A stretch of DNA of 64,000 nucleotides. Origin: Nitrospirales bacterium (GTDB lineage Bacteria; Nitrospirota; Nitrospiria; Nitrospirales; UBA8639). The notes beneath the pieces were generated by a model, which did not search any database, was not told the DNA's origin, and saw nothing but the letters and a program-made list of their open reading frames with translations. Each line of letters opens with the position of its first letter. The stretch's first letter is position 1. A program made the position numbers and the translations under genes. The stretch covers positions 160,001 through 224,000 of the forward strand of contig CBDBCZ010000010.1 in NCBI GenBank assembly GCA_965203295.1. The letters are read 5' to 3'. Positions 13,429 to 27,084 of this stretch are shown in pieces.

Positions 13429-15764
13429 CCGGTGCAAGGTTGATTTCCGACTACCAGTAGGCATGCTAATAGTTAGCCACACCAGTACTGGCTCCATCCA
13501 ATCCGTCCCTGGAACGGTGACCACAGCTGGTGAGAGCAGGAAGCCCACAAGGATAAGCAGCCCACCCAATACAGCTGCTGGAGGGACGCTCCAAGCCTTC
13601 CCAATCTGCTGAAGGCCCTTTATATACAGGAGAGAGGGAGACCATGATAACTCAGCAGCATAGCAATTGCTAAAACTTTAGTAGCTACTCACAAAAGCCT
13701 AATAAATCCAAGGACGGATTTATGTGAAGATTCTTACCTCTCTCAAGATTCTGGGATATAACTACCATGCAAGATCCGTTTCCCAGCATTTGTCCAGCCT
13801 GTGTCTTGTTTCTCTGCTTTTATCCAGCCGTGGACTTCCGAAGAACGACATAATGTGCACGAACGTACAGCCACGTGGCTTTTGCACAGCAAATTATTGT
13901 TCGCAGTGCGGACTGCAGTGCAGTCCGAATTATAAAGCACGCGTTTTATGAAGCCACACCCTCGAACGCCTTGAGGGTGTGGTTTCGCCTGACGGCTCCG
14001 CGTGCTGGTGTTAAAGCTGCCGCTGTCGGACTGTCGCTGCAACCTGTTACTAGCGAGTGTGCAGGCCTGTGTATGTGATATCTGTGGTAACACATAGCTA
14101 AGGTGTAGATAACTCCTTCGTTCTAGCTCGGTGATGGAGTTGGTAGCAAGCGAGGTTCGTGATGTAGCAGTAATGAGACGATTGCTGTTTGCCACTGCTT
14201 ACCTTCCCAAGGAGGTACCAAATTATTGGGAAATCATCACCTCTTTTGCCTGTCAAGGCAGCTCAGTATCACTCGATCCGAAAGCTGTGGAAGTGATGAT
14301 GGGAAATCTCCAGCTTCTTAATGAGAAGGCGTTTAATACTAATGCAAGCCTGGCACACGAGTTGATTGACATGGAACCGTGTGCAGATAAAAAACCATTG
14401 GGAGTGATACTAATTTCCCCAAAGGAAAGTGTGTTTCGTGTGGAGGGAAACTATTGCTCCGAGCAGACAGACCTAGCCGACTCACCTTGTATACATTGAA
14501 CATGGGGACTGTACCAGCAACACACTATTACAAGTACTGCCGCAACCAACGCAAAGGATGTAATCTAATGCAACACTACGGGTATCATCGCATTGGAGGG
14601 GAGCAAATACACTATGATGAAGACTGGGCTACATTATCCTACTTTGTCTCCACAGGTGAGTGCATAATTACTCAGTGTGTACATGAGCCTGTGGAGATTC
14701 ATGCGACGTGAGTATGGAATAGAGGGTTGTCGCTTCGGAAGCGATGGCTCAATGCTTCAATGAATAGCAAATTAAACAGCCTAAGACTAGCAATATAAGT
14801 ACACAACTGACATATTAGCAGTAAACACAAAAGGTACATACACCATGACTCAGAACTTAATGATACGGCTCCGTATTAGCCACCCCGGAGTCCCCTACCA
14901 AAGGGGGCCTCCTAATACACATCTAACATGTTTGGCGGTAGTGTCCGGCCACCGACCGGTAAGGAGTCCTACCCCTCCATCATGTCCAGGTTCAACCTCC
15001 CTTGTTCTAGCATGCACCCTAGTTAGTTAACATGCTTGGAGGTCCCTTGGTGGGAGGGGTCTCCCACCCTGCCTGACACTTGTCAACAGAGAGGGGCCCT
15101 CGTTCTGGCCCCTCTCTGGAGGTACTACTTGAACCTAAACCAAATCGCCACCCAGTTGTTTACCCAGTGCCCCTAATGTAGGAGCCTAGCTACGTCGTGA
15201 GGGAGGCGGGAGGGAGAATTCTTTGCTTCAACTGGCTGTCCTCTAGCTCATGGCTCGATTGGCGCCTTGTGCCCTATCGTTGTGCGCATGCGCTACCATG
15301 AGGCCCCGCCTCTCATTAACTTCGGTTAAAACTTCCTCTTAACCTCCAATTAATGATACGGCTCCGTATTAGCCACCCCGGAGTCCCCTACCAAAGGGGG
15401 CCTCCTAATACACATCTAACATGTTTGGCGGTAGTGTCCGGCCACCGACCGGTAAGGAGTCCTACCCCTCCATTATGTCCAGGTTCAACCTCCCTTGTTC
15501 TAGCATGCACCCTAGTTAGTTAACATGCTTGGAGGTCCCTTGGTGGGAGGGGTCTCCCACCCTGCCCAAAGGGGGGAGGGTGCCTGATCATTCCTTGGTC
15601 ACCCTCTCCCCACCTCCGAGATTTCCCTTTTTCTATGACCCCTAGCCATGAGATGTCTCCTTAGCAGTGAAAATGTCAGTATCAATACTTGACCGATATA
15701 ACAACCAATGTCTTTGCAATCATTCTATGTGTCCCCACTCTAGTCCCTGGCGGCTCCTCTTGGT

Positions 15765-16760
15765 TCAAGTTCCTTTTTTCTCCACCAGCTTCCCTGCCAC
15801 CGAACACAGAAGTTCTCGTGGTGTCTTAATGTAGAGTGTATACGCCGCACTTTCCCATCTCCCCAGCGTCTTTATGAGTGAGTCCGGCAGTCCACATGCT
15901 GCTGCCGTTGTGGCTGCCCCGATTCTGAAGCTGTGCCCCGCGAAATTACTGTCGTCCAGTCCTGCTGCTCGTAGGGCTCGCCGGAGCTCTGCCACCAATT
16001 TATCCCTGGTGAGCGGAGAGCCATCACTAAAGCGGAAAAATGGAGCTGGTTTTTCCTGCCCGCTGCAGTTTTTCCCCTGCAGGGTCATGTACGACAGGAT
16101 CGCTGCCACTGGGCAAAGGTCGGTCCCTGTGACTCCTAGGTAGACTGACACACCCTTTCGGAATACATCAGTCTTCGACGCCTTAATCCGTACTTTCAGA
16201 ACGAAGGCTTCACCGTGTTGTCTGCTTTTATATTACCCACACTCAAATGCACCTCTGCATCATACGACTTTTCTGAGGGCACTACTACTTCTCCCGACCT
16301 TAAAAATCCAAAGAAGCAGAGGCACGCTGCTGCCCACAACATTCTGGCATTAAACGAATCCTCCATCCCTTCCCACACCTTCTTCAGTTTCTGTAACACT
16401 GCAGGAGTGATTGGAAAGCGCGGTTTCCTCCTGGGCCCCCCCCCCCCCCCCCCCCGCCTTCTTATTGAATCCTCTCACAATGTAACTTAAGCGTGGCCAC
16501 TCTGCCATCTTCGGGTCTCCTAGCCCCAATGCAATCTGTGAAAACCTAACTGCTGCCAGGTAGGACTTCACTGATCCCCCTGCCAAGCCCTTCCGGTACA
16601 GTGCGGCCACAAACAAGCTAGCTGATTCTTCAGTTGCTGGGAATGGATTCACCCCAACCTCCTTACAAACCCTTACATACTTGTCGCATCCAGACTTGTA
16701 GGACCTAAGTGTTGCTTGAGCTAGTCCCGCATTAAACAACTCCCGAATAGCTGGGCCCAA
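15765..16760 (-). pseudogene. Tyrosine recombinase of the Ngaro element (frameshifted)
   Basis: SVKSYLAAVR, FFGFLRSGE, GHSFRIGAATTAA..IKTLGRWESAAYTLYI. Confidence 0.92.
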
Positions 16761-18374
16761 ATTGGAGAAGTCCAGTCGGGCTGCCTCTCCACCAGCAATG
16801 CCAGCACAGGAGGGGGGATTGGTGTTGGGGACCTGCATGCCTCCGGGACCTGAGAAAAGAACAATGAGATCTTGTCATGTGATATGGCATCTGCCTGTAC
16901 GTTCTCTGTGCCAGGGATATGGGTTGCCTTTACGTCAAATTGAAAAGTGGCTTTAACAAAGAAGAGGCATCTCAAGAGATGCATGATGTGTGGGTCTCTG
17001 GAATAACCCGAATTCAGCACCGCCACCGCAGCCTCGTTATCGCAGTGCACCAACACCACCTTCCGGTACCAAAGTCGTCCCCACACCATACATGCCAGCA
17101 CTACTGGTAACACCTTTTGGGTGATCGGTAGCGACCCAAATGCCATCCCTGCCACCCACTTGAGCTGCAACCAACTCTTTTCCCACCAGGCTCCACACCC
17201 AATCCCCCCCGACGCATCCGTAAAAACCTGCACATCGGGTGAGACACTCTGTGAGCCTCGCATCATGGATACCCCGTTCCAGGACGAAAGGAAAGTATGC
17301 CACCACAGCAAATTCGAACGAAAGGCCTGGTTGAGGCGTATATGGTGCTGACTCTTTGCCGTCGTGCTGACTCTTTGCCGTCATGCTCAATAGCTCAAAC
17401 ATTCTCCGTAAGAATGTCCTCCCTGGTACCACCACCTTGCAGGCATGTTGCAGCTTTCCCACAAGCGACTGGAGGTCCCTTTTTATGCATGACCGCTTGC
17501 CAATCCAGCTCGCCACCAACTGCTTCAGCTCCTGCAATTTCTGATCTGGCAGACGAAGCACCATTTCAGTAGTATCCATCTCAATGCCTAAAAATGTGAG
17601 GACCGTTGCTGGCCCTTCCAGTTTCTCTATGGCAACTGGAATGCTTAATTGATCAAAGGTCGATAGAAGGATCATTAACTGTGCCGAGCATTCTCCCGTC
17701 CCTGGGACCCCTACGATCAAAAAGTCATCCAGGTAATGCATGATGGTGCCAACCCCCTGCTGCTTCGCAATCCACTCCACCGCATCTGCAACCGCATTGA
17801 AAAATTTTGGTGCCGATTGTAATCCAAACGGTAGGGCAGTATCAATATACATGGCACCCTCCCACAACATCCCCAACAGCCACCAATCCTCCTGGTGCAC
17901 TGGGACAATCCGGTAGGCACTGCGGATGTCTACCTTTGCCAGTAATGCCCCCCTACCCTTCTCTCGCACTGCATACACTGCATCGTCCACCGATACATAC
18001 GACAGTGAACAGAGGGACTCCTGAATGCCGTCATTCACGCTATGGCCCTGTGGGGATGACAGGTCCAGGATAAGGCGCCATTTACCCGTGGACCCTTTCG
18101 GGATGACCCCAAAGCGGCTAGTGTGCACCATTGAAAATTGGGATTGGTCCAAAGGGCCCAGAACTCTTCCCTCGGCACATTCTCTAGCCAAATACTCCCT
18201 TATCACCTCCGGTCTCTGCAGTGCTGACTGCATGTTCTTTGTGACCTTTTTACAGGAACTGGTAGTGTATTGATACCCAATCCTAAATCCATTTCGAATG
18301 CCCTGGGTAATGTAGGCGACGAACTCCCGATCTGGGTGACCCCTCAGGCATGCCTTCCATACTGACCACTGCAA
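16721..18374 (-). pseudogene. Reverse transcriptase / RNase H of the Ngaro element (frameshift near 17350)
   Basis: KWRLILDLS, KVDIRSAYR, LPFGLQSAP, HYLDDF, FTDASGGIGCGA, HCDNEAAV. Confidence 0.92.
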
Positions 18375-18726
18375 CGGTGAGCTAGATCCCCTTTTTTGTA
18401 GCGGGAGACCCCCTGGGACTTCAGGTCGGCATTTGTCCAGTGCCCCAAGCTGGGCTGTATACCTGTACAGATCTGACCCCGTGGGAGGAGGGGGGGAAGA
18501 GAGAGAAACAAAGGCGTGGGGTCGTAAGTGCTTACTCTACCCTTAGGCCGGGGGGGGGGGGGTGGGGGGGGAGGGAGAGAGGTACCCACCCTTTCCCTAG
18601 GTATTTGTCAGCAGGGAAGGCTGCTGAACCCTTTAATCAAACTGCATAAGTGATACATGTAAACACGGCCTCTATGACTGTCTTCGTGCTAAGTCTGTCC
18701 ACTGTCAGCGAGTCCTCGAAGTTCCT

Positions 18727-20308
18727 TCAATACGGCTTCGGCCTATCTCCCACAGCTGGCTGCTGCTTGATCGGTCCTGCTGCCGACCTGTTCCCCTGGT
18801 AGCAGTCTGCTGCTGGGTGTGGCCCCCCACAGGTGGCGCATACGTGGCGGTAGCGGCAACGCCGGAAATAACAGCGCTTCTCGTTCCACGACCTGCATAC
18901 CGTATCTTGGTATTTGGCCCCACTGCCTCCTCCTCGCTTGTCCGGCCCACTCAGCGGCCCCTGGGCAAAAGCTACCACCGCTGACTCTACTGCCTTAAGC
19001 CGTGACGGGAGGTCTGGGTCCGTCTCCGTTAATATGGAACATTCCTTTGACTCATGTGATACCGATAAGCAGAGGTCGCATCTCTTTGCTGCTTGCGCTT
19101 TCCCTGTGAAGCACAGTGCGTACAAGGATGGGTTGATGCGCGACCATGTTCGATTGCCACTGACCGCCGCCTGTCGACGATATGCTGCGTCATAGCGCAC
19201 CCACGCAGTCCCCGTGTAGTCTTCGCTTGCCCTCACTACTGCTACCATGTATGCCATCAGTTCCGGCACCGCCTCTGGGTGCTTTCGGGCAAGCACCCCC
19301 ACATACACTGTGAAGCACTGAATCTACGCGTTCAGGCTTGTGACCGGCCTCTTGCGGCGGTTCCCTGACGGCCGCTGGCCCGATTCCTTCTCCTCGGCCT
19401 TCTGCCAGAACTCGGGGAGTAATTCCGACATGTCTATGTACTCCCAGCGGCAGATGCGGTCTGCCAGCTTATGGGGCATGGGAGGCAGCGCTTCCTCGAC
19501 GTACACCCCATGCTTTGTGTCTTGTTTGCTGAAGTTACTGCTGTCGGGTAGCAAGTTCTGCCACAAGGCGGCCAGCGACAGCTCTGGCTGCCGGCCTTCG
19601 GCTGCTTTCGGATTCACTGTGGGAATCCCCTTTAACGCGTCTCCAGACGGCATCCCGCCGAGACCTGCAGCCATAACCAGTGTCATTTATTAGCGGCTCC
19701 CGGGCCCCTTCTACTTAAGCTCTAGCTGAACGGGCCGCCGGCCCACTTACTTATGCTCTGCCAGCCTGGGACGCGTACCCCTTCTTTTTATTATGCTCCC
19801 GGCGGTCGGGCCAGGAACCCCCTCTAATATGCTCTAGCTGAGGGATGGGTGTTGCATGGGGCGGGGTTCCACTTCTGCCCAGCCCTCCTGTCCGGCCCCG
19901 CCCGTACCCCCCGGTAAGCGGCCCCCGTTTTCAGTTTTTAGTTAGCGTGGGGGCCCCGCGGGGGCCCCCGTCATCCCGATAAATGGGAGAACTACCTAGC
20001 CACCTACCGGTATCCTTCGACGACGTGGGGGGAGCTTCTTCCTTGTCCTGGCGACCTTCGGTTACCGTCGCCGTTTGTTTCGCCAGCTCCTCCCGGAGCG
20101 CTTCTTTGACCAATGCCGCTACCGTCGCCTTCAGAGTTTCATCTTGGGGCTCCTCGTCTGCCATCGATACTCCGGTTCGCTCGATAATCTCCTTTGTCGG
20201 TAATCTACTCGCTTCAGGTGACCATGTCTTCGACGAATTCTTCGCTTCAACTGGCTGTCCTCTAGCTCGTGGCTTGATTGGCGCCTTGTGCCCTATCGTT
20301 GTGTGCAT
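18727..20308 (-). pseudogene. Gag-like ORF1 of the Ngaro element
   Basis: EYIDMSELLPE, WVRYDAAYRRQAA, CRSWNEKRCYFRRCRYRHVCATCGGPHPAADC zinc-finger region. Confidence 0.8.
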
Positions 20309-22401
20309 GCGCTACCATGAGGCCCCGCCTCTCATTAACTTCGGTTAAAACTTCCTCTTAACCTCCAAAAACACCTATTAGTAACTAAAAGAATGTCCTG
20401 TAGCACATTAGCAGTTCTCAGCTGTACATGTGTATACTTAGCCAATGTCCAACAATGTTTTTGACAGTACCTGTATTTGTGTAACAATTGTCTTTTCTCT
20501 ACTACGTTGTATGTAGATGAAACTGGGTTCAGTATGAAGATGCTTATACAGTTTGATGCGGAGTTACTCATTGGCCAGCTGTCCTATAAGCAGCGGGCAG
20601 AAATCTACAACATGGTCAATGGGTGCGACACAGCAAAGAAAACAAGAAAGGGAGATAAAGACAAAGATGGTGAAGGGACAAGTGCTGCAGTGGTTGTTAG
20701 GTATGTTGCTTTCATTCTCAAAAGTATGGCTATCACACCAATCAAGCTCACTTTGTTGTAGTGATACTACTCACTGTACAATTCACTTGCTGTATTTTAT
20801 ATGTAAAAAGAAGAATTGATTCTCTACGTACTGACATCTCTAATAGGGACCTGAAGGAGAGGCAACAGCTTGACCAGCGTAGATTAGAGGCTGGTCATCT
20901 GAAATACGCATATTATTGCAGGCTGCATCTCGCTATGTTGACCACTTCCACCCATCTCAAATCCCAATGCACACTGATCTGATGAAGATGTTAGAGCAAT
21001 ATACCCCCATCTTGTATTCAGCTTTTCAAGCCCGCTGAGTATTTTTTTCCATTTGCATCAATTCTGACATTACCGGGTATGATACAAATACAAACACACA
21101 CAGCACATCAGTGTAATGTCCCTGGCTGTGGAAGTGTGATGGTTCTCGATGGAAATATGAAAAACCACAGAGATGTCTGCATGGCCAAGGATGCTGGCTT
21201 CATAGAGTTTGATGGCCTTCCAGGTAGTTTGTGTACCTGATGATGTGTTGTGTACACAGTTTCAATGCATTTTCTTTTTATAGGGAGCATAAAAACAGGG
21301 TGCCAAGCTACATCTGAACAGCGCAGTCGTTATTGCAGTCAACACAAGTTGCAAGTTTGTAACTTGACAACAGGCTGTGAAGATGCTGAAGCACAGACTT
21401 TGGATGCCGCCTTTGGTCCGTCTGTTCGTACGAAGAAGGGTGACATGGCAGCAGAAATGATACTAGCTACCAAATCAACACGTACACAGACATACTACAA
21501 GGTATTAGCACCGAGCCCTGAATGGGTCACCACCAGACTATAGGTTTACTAACTACAACATGTTTAACACTTGTAACTGTAAATTGTCACAAAAGTGCAT
21601 TACCAATGTTTGCTGTCTGCTTCTTACTTACTAGTATTAGCATCAGAGACTCCTTTGTTGTGCTCTTTTTCAGTCCTAGTATGCATGGTTTTGTTCATTT
21701 TTAAAAATGGGAGGGGGGAGGGGGGAGGGGGCACATGGCCCGCTCTGCATAAATGTTGAAGTCATGCATGGCATATATTATATGCCTTTGGGATCATTTG
21801 TGCGTACAGTTGCCCATTCCCAAATGATAATGCAGGTGCTATGGCTTGGCCTTTCTGAGAGTGCAAGTATGTGGAAACCAGAAAGCTGTTTGCCACCGAA
21901 CCTCATTGCAGACTTCGAGGCAGGATTAGATACTGAAGCTGAAGCTTTGACCGAGAGATCGTACTGTCATTCCTCTACCACACTGACAGTTAGTACACAT
22001 TCTCTAGCTGTGAAAAGGAGAAAGACAGAGAGGTTGTACAAAGATGACCTTGAAGGGTAAGAGAAGCAGTGGGTTATGATATAATTGTCACTGAACAAAC
22101 ACTATGTATATTCCAGGGTGTTCAAAGATGAGACCTTAGCACCTGTACTGGACTGCAGAACAGAAAAGGACAAGGGAATTCGTTTGAACCGTCGCAGTGC
22201 TGGTAAGTAGCTGAGTTGTGGATATAATAGCGCTAGCCATCATTTGATCACTATATCTTTACAGGGATTCTGGCAGGGACATGGCCTTGTGGAATTATAA
22301 CACTTTTGAACGAGCTGTTTGTGGCTGAGTCCAACTCACAGGTGTATGCACACCTACACCAGAAACTGCTTCTCAGATGAGTATGATTGCATCACTATTA
22401 A

Positions 22402-23060
22402 CACTTAGAACGCGGAGGGCCAATATACCAATATATTGGCCCGCTAAGTATACGTGCATAGCGCGGAGGGCCAATATATTGGCCCTTCGCGCTATTGGCT
22501 TGTACGTCTGTATTACGTTTTGATGAGCTCTGATTTTGAGTACTGATAGTCAGCAGGGGAGTTCCCCTGTCTATAATCAGCTTTGTTGACGTAAGCTCCA
22601 AACCACGAAGCACTACAACCGGAAATACGGTCGACCATGAGACGTAGCCATGGCTGCCGATCGAGACAAGCGCCTAAAACGACGCGTGGACGCCACTACT
22701 GTTGTTTCACGCTGCTTGTGTGGCTGCCTATGGTTCTCAGGACTACATCTGTATCTTTTTTCGCCGCCTCAGTCCCTAGCAGGGAACTGGATCGCTTGAA
22801 ATTGGTGGAGCTACTCGGGTAAGTATGAACCGCCTATTGTAGCCCGCTTTTTACAGCTCTGTTAAGCTTTGTGAAGCTTCTTGAAGCTTTAGCATGTGTG
22901 ATTAAAGTCACTATAAGCTTTCTCAAGCACAACTAAGCGTATAGAATAGTTTCTAGCGTCCTATAAGCTGCCTTAGCTGGTTTATCGAATATTCAATTTA
23001 GTTTTAATTAAATTCCGCGCACACGTAAGATTACGTCACAAAAAGGACGCGGGCAATGTG
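22402..23060. mobile_element. TTAA-flanked piggyBac-like MITE (659 bp) in a KDZ intron
   Basis: TTAA at 22398-22401 and 23061-23064; weak TIR CACTTAGAACGCG / CGCGGGCAATGTG; internal repeated CGCGGAGGGCCAATATA. Confidence 0.6.
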
Positions 23061-23772
23061 TTAATACTTCACTCAAGGCAAGGCTTCCACTTACTGTTCC
23101 AGCTGTCCAGATGGGAATATTTGTACGGGTATACCAAATAAATATAAACTATTCCCTCCTTGTTGATCCTGCAGAGTACATTTGCTATGATGATGGCTGT
23201 CATCTAAAGAAGTACGCTACAAATGCTTGCCGTCGAGACCTAACTCCTACCAGCCAGTTACTATCAAAGGTAACCATTGCCATCGATAAGATGCACATGG
23301 CTGGCCACGTTGATAAGTGGTGCAAGCAGAACTGTGATCCTCACAAGTTTGATGACCTTGATGATGTGAGTCGATACACTTGTATGGCATCTTCATAGCA
23401 TGACGTGCTGTATACATGTATACAGCATCCATTGCCTTCCTATATATGTAGGTGGATATTGAAGTGTGTGAACAGACCTTTGCTTGACTGTCACGGTATT
23501 GCAAGATGACCCGTCGTATGAGCTGTAGCACCTTTATTTTCTTTCTTGTATATATTTGTGACCCGTCGTATGAGCTGTAGCACCTTTATTTCCTTTCTTC
23601 TATATATTTGTGACTTACATAATATTAGAGAGATAGAGAAACTCAGGCGTGGAAAGTATATGTGATTGTAGTACACCCCCAGAGTGGTGATCACTTCACA
23701 CACAACGGTTTTGCAAGTACATGTAGTCAGTCACATTTGAAGGCTATATCAGTTACTGCTTGTATAATATAC

Positions 23773-26700
23773 TCATGTTGCTGCCGTAGCGCTTACGCCA
23801 TTGACCACGCACCCACATACGCAGGCGGAGCTTGAAAGATCTCCAGTCAGAGGACAAGAGCAAGAGCAACCAGATGTCTCACCATTACCATCCTGATCGC
23901 CATATAATTTATTCTTCCTAGTATCCCAGATTAATAAAATAAAACTCTTAACTAGCCTTAATAAAGCCTTAAAATCATATCTTTCCCAATTCTCACACCC
24001 TAAAACAAAGCCCGTCCTCTCGAAATTATTGAGTGCACTAAACTCTTCAAAACTTCCACCCAACAGATTGTCTAAGTCTTCCATGAAAGTACTTCTAAAA
24101 GTATCATACGCAGGACACTCCCAGAGCACATGTACCACACTCACATTCATCCCCACACAACTTACACTGCCTATCATCATTTTTACCCCGCTGCCTTCCT
24201 AACTCTTCATTCAGACCATTAGTACCAGACCTAAACTTAAACAACAATCGTGTTCCTGGATCCCCAACCCCCTGCAAGTAATTTTTAAATTCTATTTCCT
24301 TACAAAAAGACTTGTAAAGACTAAGTTTAACTTTACTATTTAAGCCATCATTAAAATCTTTACATTCTCTGTATCTCAATGCTTCATCTACTCTCTCTAA
24401 TCTTCAGCTAGTATATAATTCCTGACTGTCTAGATTTAACTGCAGCAACAATTCACTAATTACTTTCCTCCAGGTCTTCCTCTGCCTACCCCTACAATCC
24501 TGAACCACTGCCTTCACTAATTCTGATCCCCTCAACCCGAGTCTTCCATTGGCGTACCCTTCCTTGAAACCCATCTACTTCTACACTTAAGGCTTCCTGA
24601 TACTTCTGTCGCACTTCCTCGTCCTGAAACAGCTCAATGCACCATTTCTTAATCACCCGCTTCTGTTGTTTAGTGGTTTTTACAGTCCTACCCATACCAG
24701 AAAGTGATTTTCCTATATCCACTGTATCTACCTGCACACTCCCTGAAACCTGCAACAAGTTGGAATCAGTAACTATATAATCAATGATAGACTTCTGCTT
24801 CAGAGAAGGTCTAGCTCTAGTCCACTGCGGTTCCACAGTGAACTCACGACCATTACAGACTACAAGCTCAGCCTCATTTAACCCTTTAAACCCCGTAGAC
24901 GTCTACATACGTCATAAATATTGAACGCCTATATTACCGTAGACGTGTGTACACGTCATTGAATATGATCGAGACTCTACCGGAAAGTGACGCTCCAGGG
25001 AGATCCCCACTGTGGTTAGTGACGCTCCAGCGGACAGATTCTTTCATTTTAGCACTATTTTCAGGGACTTACCCAGGCAGATCACGAGAAAATCCGCAAT
25101 GAATAACATCTGTTCACGAACCGATAAAATATAGAGCAGAATTCTAGGCTATTGTACGGCAGTAGCAGTTCGAAAATATGGCTAGCTGTCTCCTACAATA
25201 CCGCTGCAAGTCTATGGACGTCTTGCTTGTCCTTCAGGGCGTCATTCCCAGAAAGTAAGTGGCGATGATATTTAATTATCGTTCGGTATCGAAAATCCGC
25301 TGCCGCTTGGCACTTTCCTTCCGTCAATCATGCTTGAATCCGACATCAAATGAAAGCTTGGGAGCTCTACTCTTCAGTTCTGTAGAGAGTTTAGTCCAAG
25401 TCATCCCCCGTCTTTCGTTACAAAGCCATAAACCGAACATACTACCGTCCTCGTGCCGTAATTAAATTATTCTGGTAATTGACTGACGTAATGCGCATGC
25501 GCAATACGGGGTATAAAGGGTTAAAAAGGAAATCAACCTGTTACCACTCGCATTGCATTTTCCTTCATCAAACATACCTATTACATCATCTAATTCGGAA
25601 GACTTTCCCACTCTGGCATTAAAATCTCCTAAAAGCACAACCTGACCCCTCTCCTTCATACGAAGCACATCCTCTTTCAATGCACTGTAACTACTTTCAA
25701 TAACAGAAACATTTTCACTATCTGTAGGCATATAAACACAACCCAAAAACAAAGTATTCCTACCTCTCTCTCCTTTCACTTTAATCCACATGCTTTCTTC
25801 ATAATTCACATCCTTAATAAGCTCTACTCCACTGGCTAAGCACTCCTTTACCAAGAATCCCACTCCTCCCTCTCCTCTCTTACTCCCAGAAGAACCTTGC
25901 CTAGGCTTCCCGAACCATTTGTACCCATCTACAGAAATTTTGGATTCCTCCTTTTCCCATGACTCCTGGCCTGCACAAACATCTATGTTGTTTTTCACTA
26001 GGACCCCAGCAACCTCCTTCTGTTTACGCTGGCTACAGATACCAGAAAAATTCCAGGTGGCTACTCGAACTTTCCGTTCTCCCCTCTCAGCTACCCTAAC
26101 CTGGCTTCGAATCTTGTTCATATCTACAACAGAATTCCTATGCCCTTCACTACACTCAACATCCTCCTCCAAATCAGCAGTACGTTCTATACCAGATAGT
26201 AACCCACAAAACCTATTTGAACACTTCAACTGTGAAGGCATGAACTCCCGTTTCACTGACTCATCCAAAACACATCTACAGCCCATCTTCCTTAAACAGC
26301 TAGAAATCTCTCTAACCACCCCAACACTAACACCCCTGCTATCCTTGGGTGAGAGAATAAGCCTGACATGATCTCCCTCCCAAGCTACTGTCCCTCTTAC
26401 CAGGCTCCCTAGACCTAAATCATCCAGCTTTGATCTAATTTCTAGAGTACTCAGATCTTTCCTAAACCCCCACACAATTATATGAGCTCTGTACCCCCTA
26501 CTGTGATACACTGACCACTCTTGAAGTCCATCTGACTGGAGATCTGGAGCAAGGGCATGATCGCGGGTGGGCATTAATTAGAACACGCCGCACGCAATTA
26601 AAAATCTAGTTAGCTATTCGCCGCAGAAACTGCTCCAGAGGGTAGAGATGGACTTCTTCTTGGTCTTCAGGTAGAAATCTTCATTCACAGCGGTAGGATA
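23773..26700 (-). mobile_element. APE-type non-LTR retrotransposon (RTE-X-like), RT domain deleted
   Basis: Endonuclease motifs VATWNFSG, GQESW, GGVGFLV, LLGDFNARVG, NGRLISFL, SIIDYIV; junction at ~24495 to the C-terminal FKFRSGTNGLNEELGR..CKLCGDECE..HVLWECPAY; no YADD-type RT motif. Confidence 0.8.
24882..25520. mobile_element. piggyBac-like MITE (639 bp) inside the LINE endonuclease
   Basis: TTAA at 24878-24881 and 25521-25524; TIR CCCTTTAAACCCCGTA / TACGGGGTATAAAGGG; removal restores GNRLISFL-NEAELVVCNGR. Confidence 0.9.
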
Positions 26701-26799
26701 TCACAAATTGAAGGTAACTTGAGCTACTGCTTGTATATTTACTTTAATTCATGTTGTAACTGCTATAGTTCATGTATAGCCAAACAGTATAACATTTTA

Positions 26800-26966
26800 C
26801 ATGTCTGGGATAGGGGGATCCCTTATACTGGTCCTCTCTGTCCCCTGTGGACCAGGGGACTGGACGGACATGAGGATGATGTGTGGGACAGGGGGGATCC
26901 CTTATTCTGGTCCTCTCTGTCCCCTGTGGACCAGGGGACTGGACGGACGTGAGGAATGAGGGTATA
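26800..26966 (-). repeat. Right subterminal array of the KDZ element, first part (continues at 36735-36940)
   Basis: GGGACAGGGGGGATCCCTTA..GTCCCCTGTGGACCAGGGGACTGGACGGAC monomers, related to the reverse complement of the left array. Confidence 0.85.
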
Positions 26967-27084
26967 CACTGCAAAAAAAGTGGCATTTCCTACTGCCAGA
27001 TGCATCAGGAAATGTGAAGAAAATACCAACCTGGACATTTCCTGATCCCTCTGATACATTTCCTGCAAAGGAAATGTCATGTGT

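Larger units (their letters stand above)
9405..13851 (-). pseudogene. DUF3987/YfjI-like P-loop protein, multi-exon, disrupted by piggyBac with loss of its middle
   Basis: Exons read GLQQIGKAWSVPPAAVLGG..WMEPVLVWLTISMPTGSRKSTLHR (Walker A-like), then KYDKVQGQLEAIAAVDDLL, MLSKSMGQIL*VAAALHVLF..AAVKAAIDFVEMCC, KKFRSRGNVEGGLQAMKNLEEDG, FEKVEVPDDAEGK. Confidence 0.65.
14857..20368 (-). mobile_element. Ngaro-type DIRS-order tyrosine-recombinase retrotransposon with split direct repeats
   Basis: A repeats ~20236-20368 and ~15216-15349; B repeats ~15350-15566 and 14857-15073; order A1-gag-RT/RH-YR-B1-A2-B2. Confidence 0.9.
14134..23665 (+). pseudogene. KDZ transposase (CxC5 and CxC6 Cys clusters, chromo-like insert), multi-exon
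   Basis: HYYKYCRNQRKGC..HYGY; ETGFSMKML; CNVPGCGSVMVLDGNMK; CQAT..RYCSQH; WPCGII..ELFVAESNSQVY; YICYDDGCHLKKY; IDKMHMAGHVDKWCKQNCDP; EVCEQTFA*LSRY; exons join across the Ngaro insertion (ACAG|gtgagt 14656 ... tag|ATGAA 20517). Confidence 0.85.

Noticed and set aside
25462..25520. C-terminal tails of the 370-aa ORF (and of the 409-aa ORF at 29630-29756) as real protein
   Set aside because: They are read-through into inserted MITEs; the true frames resume beyond the TTAA.
23728..26745. ~45-bp imperfect duplication flanking the LINE as its TSD
   Set aside because: Too long and too diverged; more likely a pre-existing tandem duplication in the KDZ element.
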